52,753 nucleotides of DNA. Origin: an uncultured bacterium (GTDB lineage: Bacteria > Planctomycetota > Brocadiia > Brocadiales > Scalinduaceae). The notes under the pieces are model-generated. The model saw only the letters and a program-made list of their open reading frames with translations, was not told where the DNA came from and did not search any database. The stretch's first letter is position 1; every line of letters starts with the position of its first letter. Positions 1-8,760 of the stretch are shown one piece after another. The position numbers and the translations under genes are program-made. The stretch covers positions 1 to 52,753 of the forward strand of contig CAJXKT010000001.1 in assembly GCA_913055705.1 (NCBI GenBank), given 5' to 3'.

Positions 1-120
1 CCAGTAACCGTCAGCAAGGATGGGTTTATCAATGTTCCTCAAGTAACCGGCACCGGATACAAACCTAAAGAGGATTATATCGAGAAAATCGCTGTACGAA
101 AGGAAGTCTTTTCTGTATAA
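1..120 (+). CDS. 3' end of a CDS cut by the window edge; resembles the C-terminus of an enolase-superfamily o-succinylbenzoate synthase/racemase
   Basis: Frame 1 reads PVTVSKDGFINVPQVTGTGYKPKEDYIEKIAVRKEVFSV* with TAA at 118-120; DGxIxVPxxxGxG is typical of MenC/MLE C-termini. Confidence 0.5.
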   Translation, partial: PVTVSKDGFINVPQVTGTGYKPKEDYIEKIAVRKEVFSV

Positions 121-158
121 GATATATAATTCTAAGGAAACAAAATAAATAGGACGCA

Positions 159-183
159 CCCGCCAAACTATACGTTGGGCAGG
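159..183. repeat. Small imperfect palindrome of the CC(T/C)GCC...GGCAGG type
   Basis: cccgccaaac-tatac-gttgggcagg; 8 of 10 stem pairs; same ends as 17933-17951. Confidence 0.5.
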
Positions 184-219
184 GATTTACACAGATGAGA
201 ATTTCTACACTATAAATTT

Positions 220-1344
220 ATGCAAAATACTTCTTTTACAAACCCGAAACTGGTAAAGCTGGCCAGGATACTTATAATGATGGTAATCGTATGGATAGTT
301 GCCGACTTCCTTGGTATAAAACCTTCAAGATTTATGCAACCTAAAGTTGGAATGCGTCCGGTGGTACAACAAATAGGAGATTTAGGAGCAGACGAGAGAA
401 CCAATATGCAAATCTTTGAACAGACCGCTCCATCTGTCACATCTATAACAAACAAGAGGAGGCAAAGGGGTATCTTCTCTTTTAACGAGATACCTCAAGG
501 GACCGGCTCAGGTTTCTTATGGGATGATAAGGGCCACGTAGTAACAAATTATCATGTTATCCACGAGGCTCACGAGGTCGAAGTCAAGCTACAAAGCGGA
601 AAAAGCTACGATGCCTCATTAGTGGGAGCTGATCCACATCACGACCTGGCAGTATTGCACATTGATGCCATGAGTCCTAATATTCCACCTGTGATGATCG
701 GGAGCTCTAACGATTTGCGAGTAGGGCAAAAGGTACTGGCAATCGGAAATCCTTTCGGATTCGATTCCACACTGACCACCGGCATTATCAGCGCTCTGGG
801 CAGGACAATGCAGTCTATGACCAAGAGATACATTCATGATGTCATCCAGACAGACGCCGCCATTAATCCGGGAAATTCCGGGGGACCGCTTCTGGATTCA
901 TTCGGCAGGCTGATTGGTGTAAACACCGCCATTATAAGTCCCAGTGGAACATATTCAGGAGTTGGTTTTGCAGTACCTGTGGATACGGTAAATCGGATTG
1001 TCACCAAACTGATCAATTATGGGAAGGTAGGACGTCCGGGACTTGGTATTTCGCTTTTCCCTGAACACTTCATGTCCAGATGGGGTATAGAAGGTGTGGG
1101 AATCCTTGAAGTATACAAAGGCAGTTCAGCAGAAGAGACAGGGTTGAGGGGAGCAAAACGTCTGCCCGGTGGACAAATAGAAATGGGAGACATAATAATT
1201 GAATGCGACGGTTCTCAGGTAAGAAAAAGTTCCGACCTTATCAGAATTCTCGACAGACATGAAGTCGGTGACGAAGTAGATATTGTTATTATCAGAAGTG
1301 GTGTAAAAAAATCAGTCCGGATAACCATTCAATCAATCAATTGA
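220..1344 (+). CDS. HtrA/DegP-like trypsin serine protease with N-terminal membrane anchor and one PDZ domain
   Basis: GSGF, TNYHV (His), DLAVL (Asp), TDAAINPGNSGG (Ser); C-terminal PDZ-like region. Confidence 0.92.
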   Translation: MQNTSFTNPKLVKLARILIMMVIVWIVADFLGIKPSRFMQPKVGMRPVVQQIGDLGADERTNMQIFEQTAPSVTSITNKRRQRGIFSFNEIPQGTGSGFLWDDKGHVVTNYHVIHEAHEVEVKLQSGKSYDASLVGADPHHDLAVLHIDAMSPNIPPVMIGSSNDLRVGQKVLAIGNPFGFDSTLTTGIISALGRTMQSMTKRYIHDVIQTDAAINPGNSGGPLLDSFGRLIGVNTAIISPSGTYSGVGFAVPVDTVNRIVTKLINYGKVGRPGLGISLFPEHFMSRWGIEGVGILEVYKGSSAEETGLRGAKRLPGGQIEMGDIIIECDGSQVRKSSDLIRILDRHEVGDEVDIVIIRSGVKKSVRITIQSIN

Positions 1345-1361
1345 TTTCTTAAGGGGGTCTT

Positions 1362-1784
1362 ATGTCAAACATAAAATCTAAAACGAGGGATTACTTAGGT
1401 ACTGTTAAAACAGTCTCTTTGGCTACTTGTATGGATGACAATCCTTCATGCCGCATTATGGAGATTCAAAAAGTAGAAGATAATCTTAAAATATGGTTTG
1501 TTACCCATAAGAGTTCTCCAAAGATGGAACAAATTGATAAAAACAATAGCGCCTGTATTATCTCCTTTAACAATGAAACATTTAGAGACGTCAGGCTTTC
1601 TGGAACGATCGAAGTCTTTGAAGATATGGAGACAAAGAAATACATATGGAAGGAAGAACTTGCCGCGTATTTTCAGGATGGTATAAATGACCCGGAACTC
1701 ACTGTCTTAAAATTTATCCCGAAAAGACTTGAGTACAGAGACATGAAATCAGGCGGTCTATTGCCGGAAGCAGAGAATGTGTAA
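1362..1784 (+). CDS. Pyridoxamine 5'-phosphate oxidase-like FMN-binding protein (general stress protein 26 type)
   Basis: LAT...PSCRIM, IWFVT..SSPK..QI, VRLSG, W...L..YF..G..DPEL pattern; 140 aa. Confidence 0.8.
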   Translation: MSNIKSKTRDYLGTVKTVSLATCMDDNPSCRIMEIQKVEDNLKIWFVTHKSSPKMEQIDKNNSACIISFNNETFRDVRLSGTIEVFEDMETKKYIWKEELAAYFQDGINDPELTVLKFIPKRLEYRDMKSGGLLPEAENV

Positions 1785-1874
1785 AGCTTTTTCCCGCACT
1801 TCTGATGTTTTACCATTCCAGTTATGCTACGCTAAATATAGTGATAACAGAGGTTTATCTTCCTTTCTTTGTCC

Positions 1875-1903
1875 TTGACAAACTACTTTAATAATTGTAG
1901 ATT
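1875..1903 (+). promoter_or_regulatory. Putative sigma-70 promoter upstream of the FGE-domain gene
   Basis: TTGACA (1875-1880), 17 nt spacer, TAGATT (1898-1903). Confidence 0.5.
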
Positions 1904-2113
1904 AATCGGGTCTTTATCAGACTGAAACTCACACCAGAATTGTACAAACCCAGCCGTTTTACTATTATTTCTGTAAGAGGAATTAATTATATTCAAGGCA
2001 AAGTCCGTTTATAGTGCCATGAATCTGATTGTAGCAATACAGCATTGTACATAAATTGTTTTAGTAGTAATTGCTAAATCACTTTAGACAGGATATCAAT
2101 AGATATTAAAAAA

Positions 2114-2764
2114 ATGAGTAATCAAACTGAAAAAAACCCAATCACTAATGAAAAAGACGGTTCAGTGATGGTATATGTTCCTAAAGGGACCTTCTTAATG
2201 GGAGTTGAAAAGGATTCTGTTAGAGTAGACGCATTTTACATTGATAAGTTTCCAATAACAAATAATCAATACAAAGTGTTTATGGAAGAAGCAAACTGTG
2301 AAGAACCTGCTTTCTGGCAAGATAAAAGATTTAACAACTCACATCAACCTGTAGTCGGTGTGAGTTGGGATGACGCAATTGCTTATACAAATTGGGCAGG
2401 AAAAAGACTACCGGAAGAAAAAGAATGGGAAAAAGCCTCTAGAGGTACAGACGGAAGAGAGTATCCGTGGGGAAATGGAAAGCCAGATCAAAGTCTCGCT
2501 GTTTTTGATTTAGACATTTCTATAGGCGCTCCCACTAATGTAGGAACACATCAATCCGGAGTCAGCCCTTATGGTTGTTATGATATGTCAGGAAATATTT
2601 GGGAATGGTGTCAGGAATGGTACACTGAGGGTAAATATCGTGTGGTTCGTGGAGGATCATGGATAAATCACATGACCATCTTAAACTGCGCTTATCGAAG
2701 CTGTAGTGTGCCAATTGGCAAAGACAACAATGTTGGTTTTCGCTGCGTTAAGAGCACAACATGA
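2114..2764 (+). CDS. Formylglycine-generating enzyme (FGE/SUMF1) domain protein
   Basis: FYIDKFPITN, PVVGVSWDDA, RLPEEKEWEKA, YPWG, DMSGNIWEW, RGGSW, GFRC. Confidence 0.88.
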   Translation: MSNQTEKNPITNEKDGSVMVYVPKGTFLMGVEKDSVRVDAFYIDKFPITNNQYKVFMEEANCEEPAFWQDKRFNNSHQPVVGVSWDDAIAYTNWAGKRLPEEKEWEKASRGTDGREYPWGNGKPDQSLAVFDLDISIGAPTNVGTHQSGVSPYGCYDMSGNIWEWCQEWYTEGKYRVVRGGSWINHMTILNCAYRSCSVPIGKDNNVGFRCVKSTT

Positions 2765-2773
2765 TTTAATACT

Positions 2774-3223
2774 TTATTCCTTTTTTCCATATATATTCCA
2801 GGAAAACGAAAGATCGAAGTCGCTATCAAATTCGAATTTATCCTCGAATTCTGTTTGAAAATCATAAAGATCCTTAAAATCTTCTATTGAATCTGATTCC
2901 GTTCTACCCATTAATCCGCTCTCTACCAGATTAAAAACTATTTCTCCAAAATCTCCACTGTTAGTTATACCCCACAGCTCAAAGACTTTCTTTGTCATAA
3001 AACCAAACTTCATCAAGGAAAATTGTTTAATCCCTTCTGAGAGTTCCTGTCCACTAACATGACGCTCTTCCTCCCTTGAGCTATTGTATTTTTTCCCAAG
3101 TCTGGAAGCGGTAAAATCAAGAGCTTCAAAAATAAATTGATATGACTGTACTAAATAGCGGTTATCTTTATCAATTATCCTTTGAAGCTTTTTCCATGTA
3201 TCTTGTGCAGTTTCCTTACCCAC
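2774..3223 (-). CDS. Minf_1886-family protein (Planctomycete/Verrucomicrobia-restricted conserved protein)
   Basis: RY...Y.F..EAL, RHVSGQEL.EG, FG.M...V...WGI....DFGEIVFNLV..GLM...E.DS.EDF. Confidence 0.75.
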   Translation of the reverse strand: MGKETAQDTWKKLQRIIDKDNRYLVQSYQFIFEALDFTASRLGKKYNSSREEERHVSGQELSEGIKQFSLMKFGFMTKKVFELWGITNSGDFGEIVFNLVESGLMGRTESDSIEDFKDLYDFQTEFEDKFEFDSDFDLSFSWNIYGKKE

Positions 3224-3257
3224 TTATTTAATCTAAACTTTTTACAATTATTATCTG

Positions 3258-4805
3258 CTAACTTGCCGCAGAATATTCTACTCTTGGAAAGACCGGCTGT
3301 CCTTTACATACTTTAATTCCAGGCCGGGTTTCACCCCATGTAATTTTGTTATTAATAGGCTTGTCATCTGAAGACAATCCCAACTGCTTTTGTATCTCAG
3401 CAGCAATATTTGGCATAACTGGTAAAATATATAACGAAATTATTCTAATAGACTCAACAAGATTATACAAGACTTCATTAAGTTTATTTTTCATACTCGA
3501 TTCTTTCGCCAATGCCCAGGGTTTCGAGATCTCTACATATTTATTAACCAGCCCGATATAGTTCCAAATCACTTCCAACGCCTTACTGAATTGCAGATCA
3601 CTCATCGCAAGTTCAACCTCTTCATTAAGTTTCTCCGCCCCATCAACTAATTCCTTACCTTCCGCCGACAAACTCTCGGTTTCCGGCACTACCCCGTCGC
3701 AATATTTTTCAACCATGGTCAATGTTCTATGCAGTAGATTTCCTAAATCGTTTCCCAGGTCACAATTTATCCTGTTCACCAGGGCTTCATAGGCAAAATT
3801 ACCATCCAGTCCAAATGGCACTTCTCTAAGTAAAAAATACCTATAAGTGTCTATACCATAAGTATCCGTTATCTTAACAGGATCTATTGCATTACCCAGA
3901 GATTTTGATATCTTTTTCCCTTCCAACGTCCACCAGCCATGAGCATACACTTGACAAGGCGCTTCTATCCCCAACGACATCAACATTGCCGGCCACACAA
4001 CACCATGAAACCATAAAATCTCTTTCCCTATTATATGTACATTGGCAGGCCAATATCTCTTCAGCTTCTCAGAGTCCTCATCATATCCCAGAGCCGTTAT
4101 ATAATTAAAAAGGGCATCAACCCACACATAAATAGTATGCTTCCTATTCATGGGTACATGGATGCCCCATTCAACTGCTGCCCTGCTTACACTGATATCA
4201 TCTATACCCCCAACTATCCTCCTGTGCAGTTCGTTTCTTCTTGATTCCGGCTTGATGAAATCCGGATATCTTTCGAAATATTCTAAAAGTGGACCCTGAT
4301 ATTTTGATAATCTAAAGAAATAATTTTCTTCTTTTATTTTCTCAACAGAACGCCCACATTCAGGACAATTATCTGAGGACAGCTGTGATGACGTCCAGAA
4401 ACTTTCACAGGGAATACAATACCAGCCTTCATACTCTCCTAAATAGATATCTCCCTTCTCAAACATTTTCTCAAATACGTTTTCTATTTGCTTAACATGA
4501 CGATCCTCTGTTGTTCTAATAAAGTCGTCATTAGAGATATCAAGGATCTTCCACAAGTCTTTAAACCTTTCGACCATCCTATCCGCCAGATCAACAGGAT
4601 TCTCATTATTAGCCTGAGCGGCTTTCTCTATTTTCTGGCCATGTTCATCTGTTCCGGTCAAAAAGAAGACATCATATCCTCTCATTCTCTTATATCTTGC
4701 TAAGGTGTCAGCCGCTATTGTAGTGTATGAATGCCCTATATGCGGAACATCATTTACATAATAAATTGGCGTAGTAACATAAAAACTTTTCTTATTTACA
4801 GTCAT
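3258..4805 (-). CDS. metG: Methionine--tRNA ligase, short form without the C-terminal tRNA-binding appendix
   Basis: TTPIYYVN, HIGH, GTDEHGQK, CIPC/CPEC knuckle, KISKS; start placed at ATG 4805 (MTVNKK) rather than 4865. Confidence 0.95.
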   Translation of the reverse strand: MTVNKKSFYVTTPIYYVNDVPHIGHSYTTIAADTLARYKRMRGYDVFFLTGTDEHGQKIEKAAQANNENPVDLADRMVERFKDLWKILDISNDDFIRTTEDRHVKQIENVFEKMFEKGDIYLGEYEGWYCIPCESFWTSSQLSSDNCPECGRSVEKIKEENYFFRLSKYQGPLLEYFERYPDFIKPESRRNELHRRIVGGIDDISVSRAAVEWGIHVPMNRKHTIYVWVDALFNYITALGYDEDSEKLKRYWPANVHIIGKEILWFHGVVWPAMLMSLGIEAPCQVYAHGWWTLEGKKISKSLGNAIDPVKITDTYGIDTYRYFLLREVPFGLDGNFAYEALVNRINCDLGNDLGNLLHRTLTMVEKYCDGVVPETESLSAEGKELVDGAEKLNEEVELAMSDLQFSKALEVIWNYIGLVNKYVEISKPWALAKESSMKNKLNEVLYNLVESIRIISLYILPVMPNIAAEIQKQLGLSSDDKPINNKITWGETRPGIKVCKGQPVFPRVEYSAAS

Positions 4806-5667
4806 TCCTGCTTCCATGATCACAGGCAGACTCACATCCCTTTGCCGTACCTGCTCGCGCGCCACTTACTTGCTCTAAAATCTCCTTTTTTGTTACAACA
4901 ACCAATTTTTTGTCTTTTGATTCCATGGTTACTTTCTGTTGTAAGATATCATAATCTACCACCTCTCCAACTCCCTTTGTGGTAGCTATTAATGTCCCTT
5001 TCTTTGGAAGCGTGTCTTTCATTTCCTCATACGCTTCATCTTCATATCTCAAGCAGCACATCAACCTGCCGCATCTACCTGATATTTTTGACGGATCGAG
5101 CGTTGCTTTCTGATTCTTCGCCATCTTCATAGTAACCGGCTCTAAGTTCCTCAAGAATGTTCTACAACAAAGCTCCCTACCACAATGTTCATATTCTGCC
5201 AACAGCTTAGCTTCGTCTCGAACACCGATTTGCTTCATCTCAATCCTGGATTTGTACATCTTGGCTAAATCCTTAACCAGTTCTCTAAAATCAACCCTCC
5301 CTTTAGCCAGGAAATAAAATATTATCTTCTTGCTCCCAAAAAGGTGTTCAACGCTGGCAAGCTTCATTGGCAACTTGTGTTCTTTTATTCTTTCCTGACA
5401 ATAATTATATTCTGATGGGATTGTTTCTTCTTCAATCTCTATCTGTTTTTTCTCTTCATCTTCTGTGATCTTATGCAGTACCTCTCCCATATCCGTAACA
5501 ACTGCTTTGTCATCCAACTCCTCTGATTGTGAAAGAGCCACACCAAATTCTACACCACGTGAAGAACGTATAATAACCTTATCACCTTTCCTCAAATCTG
5601 AAACTTGAGTAAAAGCATTTTCAACGTTCCTTAAAATACCATATCTTATTGCCACTTGATATCGCAT
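4792..5667 (-). CDS. ricT: PSP1-domain protein, YaaT/RicT family
   Basis: FYF.A.GRVDFRELVKDLA, RIEMKQIGVRDEAK, CGRELCC, KISGRCGRLMCCLRYE. Confidence 0.88.
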   Translation of the reverse strand: MRYQVAIRYGILRNVENAFTQVSDLRKGDKVIIRSSRGVEFGVALSQSEELDDKAVVTDMGEVLHKITEDEEKKQIEIEEETIPSEYNYCQERIKEHKLPMKLASVEHLFGSKKIIFYFLAKGRVDFRELVKDLAKMYKSRIEMKQIGVRDEAKLLAEYEHCGRELCCRTFLRNLEPVTMKMAKNQKATLDPSKISGRCGRLMCCLRYEDEAYEEMKDTLPKKGTLIATTKGVGEVVDYDILQQKVTMESKDKKLVVVTKKEILEQVSGARAGTAKGCESACDHGSRNDCK

Positions 5668-5717
5668 GGTTTTTTCCTACTATTTTATATTAAAATTAAG
5701 AAACCAAAGTGTTACTG

Positions 5718-5746
5718 AAATTAACATAAAGAAATTAGATTGTCAA
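5718..5746 (-). promoter_or_regulatory. Putative sigma-70 promoter for ricT-metG-Minf_1886
   Basis: Minus strand TTGACA (5746-5741), 17 nt spacer ending TGT, TAATTT (5723-5718), an extended -10. Confidence 0.5.
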
Positions 5747-5821
5747 GTTCATCCAACTGTAGCATTGTTTGAGAATATGAAATGTGCCGCCAAAACAAAT
5801 TGTAATTTACAGTCCCTTATT

Positions 5822-6202
5822 TTATTTTTTAATCACAAAAAAAGTGAGTGCCATAAGCTGAAAAATAATAGCAAGGAGTAAAGCAGAATGCACATCTCCA
5901 CTCTTATTAGTATAAGCAAATACTAATGCACCAAAAACAAAACATTGTGCCACAGCACCAACGATATTCAACCATGAACCTGACTCATACGTTAACACTC
6001 TACCAATATTTTTAACTTCTCTTAGAATCGACTCAAAGAGGAATTGTATTTCATCCGCCGCCCCCTTGTCTTTTTTCTTACTAAAGGCCTCTGAGCATTC
6101 CTGACAAATTAATTGTCCATAACGCTCTGTAGTTACCCCCGCTTCTATCTCCTTATGAGGAATACTTTTTTTACACTTACCGCATAATCTGATTTCGGCC
6201 AT
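5822..6202 (-). CDS. Hypothetical membrane protein with N-terminal CxxC...CxxC motif and two C-terminal hydrophobic helices
   Basis: CGKC and CQEC; hydrophobic WLNIVGAVAQCFVFGALVFAY and ALLLAIIFQLMALTFFVI; GGAAGG SD; 11 nt after the regulator stop. Confidence 0.7.
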   Translation of the reverse strand: MAEIRLCGKCKKSIPHKEIEAGVTTERYGQLICQECSEAFSKKKDKGAADEIQFLFESILREVKNIGRVLTYESGSWLNIVGAVAQCFVFGALVFAYTNKSGDVHSALLLAIIFQLMALTFFVIKK

Positions 6203-6213
6203 TATTACCTTCC

Positions 6214-7566
6214 TTATTTCAAGTTGTACTTTTCCAGTTTTCTGTAAAGAGTCCGTTCTCCAATCCCCAGTATCTTTGCGGTCTCTCCTCTATTCCCACC
6301 CACATATGCCAAAGTGTTCTTCATTATTTCCTTTTCCATTTCCTCTAACGTAATCCCAACAGGAAAAACAGGCCCGGTCAAAGCTGTACTATTACTCTTA
6401 TATATATGCTCAGGTATTTCATCTATATCAAGTACTCCATTTTGATCGAAAACGATCATACTTTCAATACAATTTTTAAGTTCTCTGACGTTTCCAGGCC
6501 AACTATACCGGAACAGAATCTTCCTCGCTTCCGGAGTTATTTCTTTAATCTTCTTGCCATTCTTTTTAGAGAATTCCTTAATAAACGTATCTATTAACAG
6601 GAAAACATCCTCCTGCCGTTCTCGCAAGGGTGGCAGTCTCAGGCATATAACATTAAATCTGAAGTACAAATCTTCTCTAAATTTACCCTCTTTGACCAGC
6701 GCCCCTAAATCTTTGTTTGTAGCAGCTATTATCCTTACATCTATCTTTATTGTTTCATTGCTGCCAATACGGACAATCCTCCCGTCCTCTATTACTCTCA
6801 ACAGTTTTGCCTGAGTTGTAAGTGGCATGTCCCCTATTTCATCCAGAAACAGAGTGCCATTATTTGCATATTCAAATTTCCCTTTTCTTTGATATAAAGC
6901 CCCTGTGAATGCACCTTTCTCGTGTCCAAACAACTCGCTTTCAAGTAAGGTTTCTGAGATTGCAGCAGAGTTTAATTCGACAAAAGGATTATTCTTACGC
7001 GGCCCATTGTAATGAATCGCCCTGGCTATTAATTCTTTTCCTGTACCACTTTCACCCATTACCAGGACGGTCGCAGTGGTTGAAGCAATCTGTTTAAGTA
7101 TATTAAATATTCTATGCATTTGCTGACTATTGCCTATAATACCAGCAAAACCAAATTTTTCTTCGAGTTGTTTGTGCAATTCTATGTTACTTCTCACTAT
7201 ATCCTGTTTCTCTACAACTTTCTCAACTGCAGCCCTTAAAAGGTTTATGTTTATCGGTTTTAAAAGATACGTTGCCGCCCCCTTTTGCATTGAAGTAACT
7301 GCAGTTTCAACTGTACCGTGACCGGTTATCAGGATAACTTCTGTGTCCGGAGCCTTCTCCTTTATTTCCTTTAAAATCTTCATCCCGTCTATATCATGCA
7401 TTACCAAATCTGTAATCACCACGTCTATCCTGTCTTTTCTAATTATATCGACTACTTTATTACCGCTCTCGGCCGTTGAACATGTATATCCAACATTTCT
7501 CAAGCTTTCTGCTATCGCTTCGGCCTGATCTTTTTCATCATCGATTATTAATATGTTTGCATCCAT
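6214..7566 (-). CDS. Sigma-54-dependent NtrC-family response regulator (REC-AAA+-Fis HTH)
   Basis: IIDDE receiver, GESGTGKE Walker A, GAFTGA, LFLDEIG, WPGNVREL, C-terminal HTH. Confidence 0.95.
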   Translation of the reverse strand: MDANILIIDDEKDQAEAIAESLRNVGYTCSTAESGNKVVDIIRKDRIDVVITDLVMHDIDGMKILKEIKEKAPDTEVILITGHGTVETAVTSMQKGAATYLLKPININLLRAAVEKVVEKQDIVRSNIELHKQLEEKFGFAGIIGNSQQMHRIFNILKQIASTTATVLVMGESGTGKELIARAIHYNGPRKNNPFVELNSAAISETLLESELFGHEKGAFTGALYQRKGKFEYANNGTLFLDEIGDMPLTTQAKLLRVIEDGRIVRIGSNETIKIDVRIIAATNKDLGALVKEGKFREDLYFRFNVICLRLPPLRERQEDVFLLIDTFIKEFSKKNGKKIKEITPEARKILFRYSWPGNVRELKNCIESMIVFDQNGVLDIDEIPEHIYKSNSTALTGPVFPVGITLEEMEKEIMKNTLAYVGGNRGETAKILGIGERTLYRKLEKYNLK

Positions 7567-7573
7567 AGTTATA

Positions 7574-8296
7574 TTACTCTTCTTGAGATTTACTATTTAC
7601 CGGCAGCTTTATTAGGAAACTACTCCCTTTGCCGTCTTCACTACGTATACTGATTGTACCTTTATTTTCCTCAATGATTCTCTTGGCAGCAGGCAGCCCA
7701 AGACCGGTACCGCTCTTCTTTGTTGAATAGTAAACCTGAAATATTCTATCTATTTTGTCCCTTTGAATACCGACTCCGGTATCGGTAATATCTATAAAAA
7801 TGTCTTCACTGTTTCCATAGGTTCTCACTATAAGTTCTCCGCCTTCCAGCATTGCCTGTTGAGCATTAAGTATCACATTTAATAAAGCCTGCTTTATTAC
7901 GTTACTATCCAGATTACATTTTGGCAATTTTGTATCATAGCTTTTAAGTATTCTAATAGAATTCTGCATGGCTTCAGGACTTATAAAATCGAGCACACTA
8001 TCTAAAACTTCATTAATATCACATTCCTCTAAATGAAGTTCATGTCTCTTTGCAAATCGCAGGAAATCACTAAGTATACTATCCAGCCTGCTAACTTCAT
8101 TTTGCAGCAACCTAACTCTTCTCGACATTTTCGAGTCTTTCTCTATATTACTGTTTTGCAAATCTTCATTTAGTAATTGCAAATTTATGCTTATGGCATT
8201 CAAAGGATTCTTTATTTCATGTACTAATCCGGCAGCTAGCGTATTTAGAGAATCTAATTCAGCAGAATCTATATTATCCTTTTTATTCTTTGTCAT
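7574..8296 (-). CDS. Cytoplasmic histidine kinase (HisKA + HATPase only, no sensor domain)
   Basis: HEIKNPL H-box, LLNVILNA N-box, DTGVGI, IFQVYYSTK, GTGLGL. Confidence 0.92.
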   Translation of the reverse strand: MTKNKKDNIDSAELDSLNTLAAGLVHEIKNPLNAISINLQLLNEDLQNSNIEKDSKMSRRVRLLQNEVSRLDSILSDFLRFAKRHELHLEECDINEVLDSVLDFISPEAMQNSIRILKSYDTKLPKCNLDSNVIKQALLNVILNAQQAMLEGGELIVRTYGNSEDIFIDITDTGVGIQRDKIDRIFQVYYSTKKSGTGLGLPAAKRIIEENKGTISIRSEDGKGSSFLIKLPVNSKSQEE

Positions 8297-8322
8297 CCCT
8301 TTCAGACTTTTAAAATATGCTT

Positions 8323-8367
8323 AAAAAAAATAAGCCAGGAAAGCATATTCATTTACTTTCCTGGCTT
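8323..8367 (-). terminator. Intrinsic terminator downstream of cspA
   Basis: 12-bp stem aagccaggaaag (8332-8343) / ctttcctggctt (8356-8367), followed on the minus strand by a T8 run. Confidence 0.8.
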
Positions 8368-8391
8368 TGGCTTTTAATAACAAATAAAGAT

Positions 8392-8610
8392 TTATGCCTG
8401 AACTTCTTCAGCCTTCACAACATTTTGAGCCTGTAACCCCTTATCACCTTCTATAACTTCAAATTCTACACTCTCACCATCTTCTAAAACTTTGAAACCA
8501 TTTCCCGAAATATTTGAATAGTGAACAAATACATCGTTACCGTCTTCCTGTTGAATAAAACCAAAGCCTTTTTTTACATCAAACCACTTTACAGTACCTT
8601 TCATTGCCAT
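8392..8610 (-). CDS. cspA: Cold-shock protein
   Basis: GTVKWF, KGFGFI (RNP1), DVFVHYS (RNP2). Confidence 0.93.
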   Translation of the reverse strand: MAMKGTVKWFDVKKGFGFIQQEDGNDVFVHYSNISGNGFKVLEDGESVEFEVIEGDKGLQAQNVVKAEEVQA

Positions 8611-8760
8611 TTCTACTCCTCATTTTTCATAGTACATTTACAAATATATAAAATAATGACTTGCTTTAAAAACCTTTCTTACATTCTTCTTTTACTTTGC
8701 CTCCTATAAAGAATTTCTTAATGATTTAGTAAAATAACAAGTCGTAATATTTTTTAACTA

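Noticed and set aside
4806-4865. N-terminal extension of MetG in the ORF track
   Set aside because: It overlaps ricT by 74 nt and precedes the conserved start region; ATG 4805 fits better.
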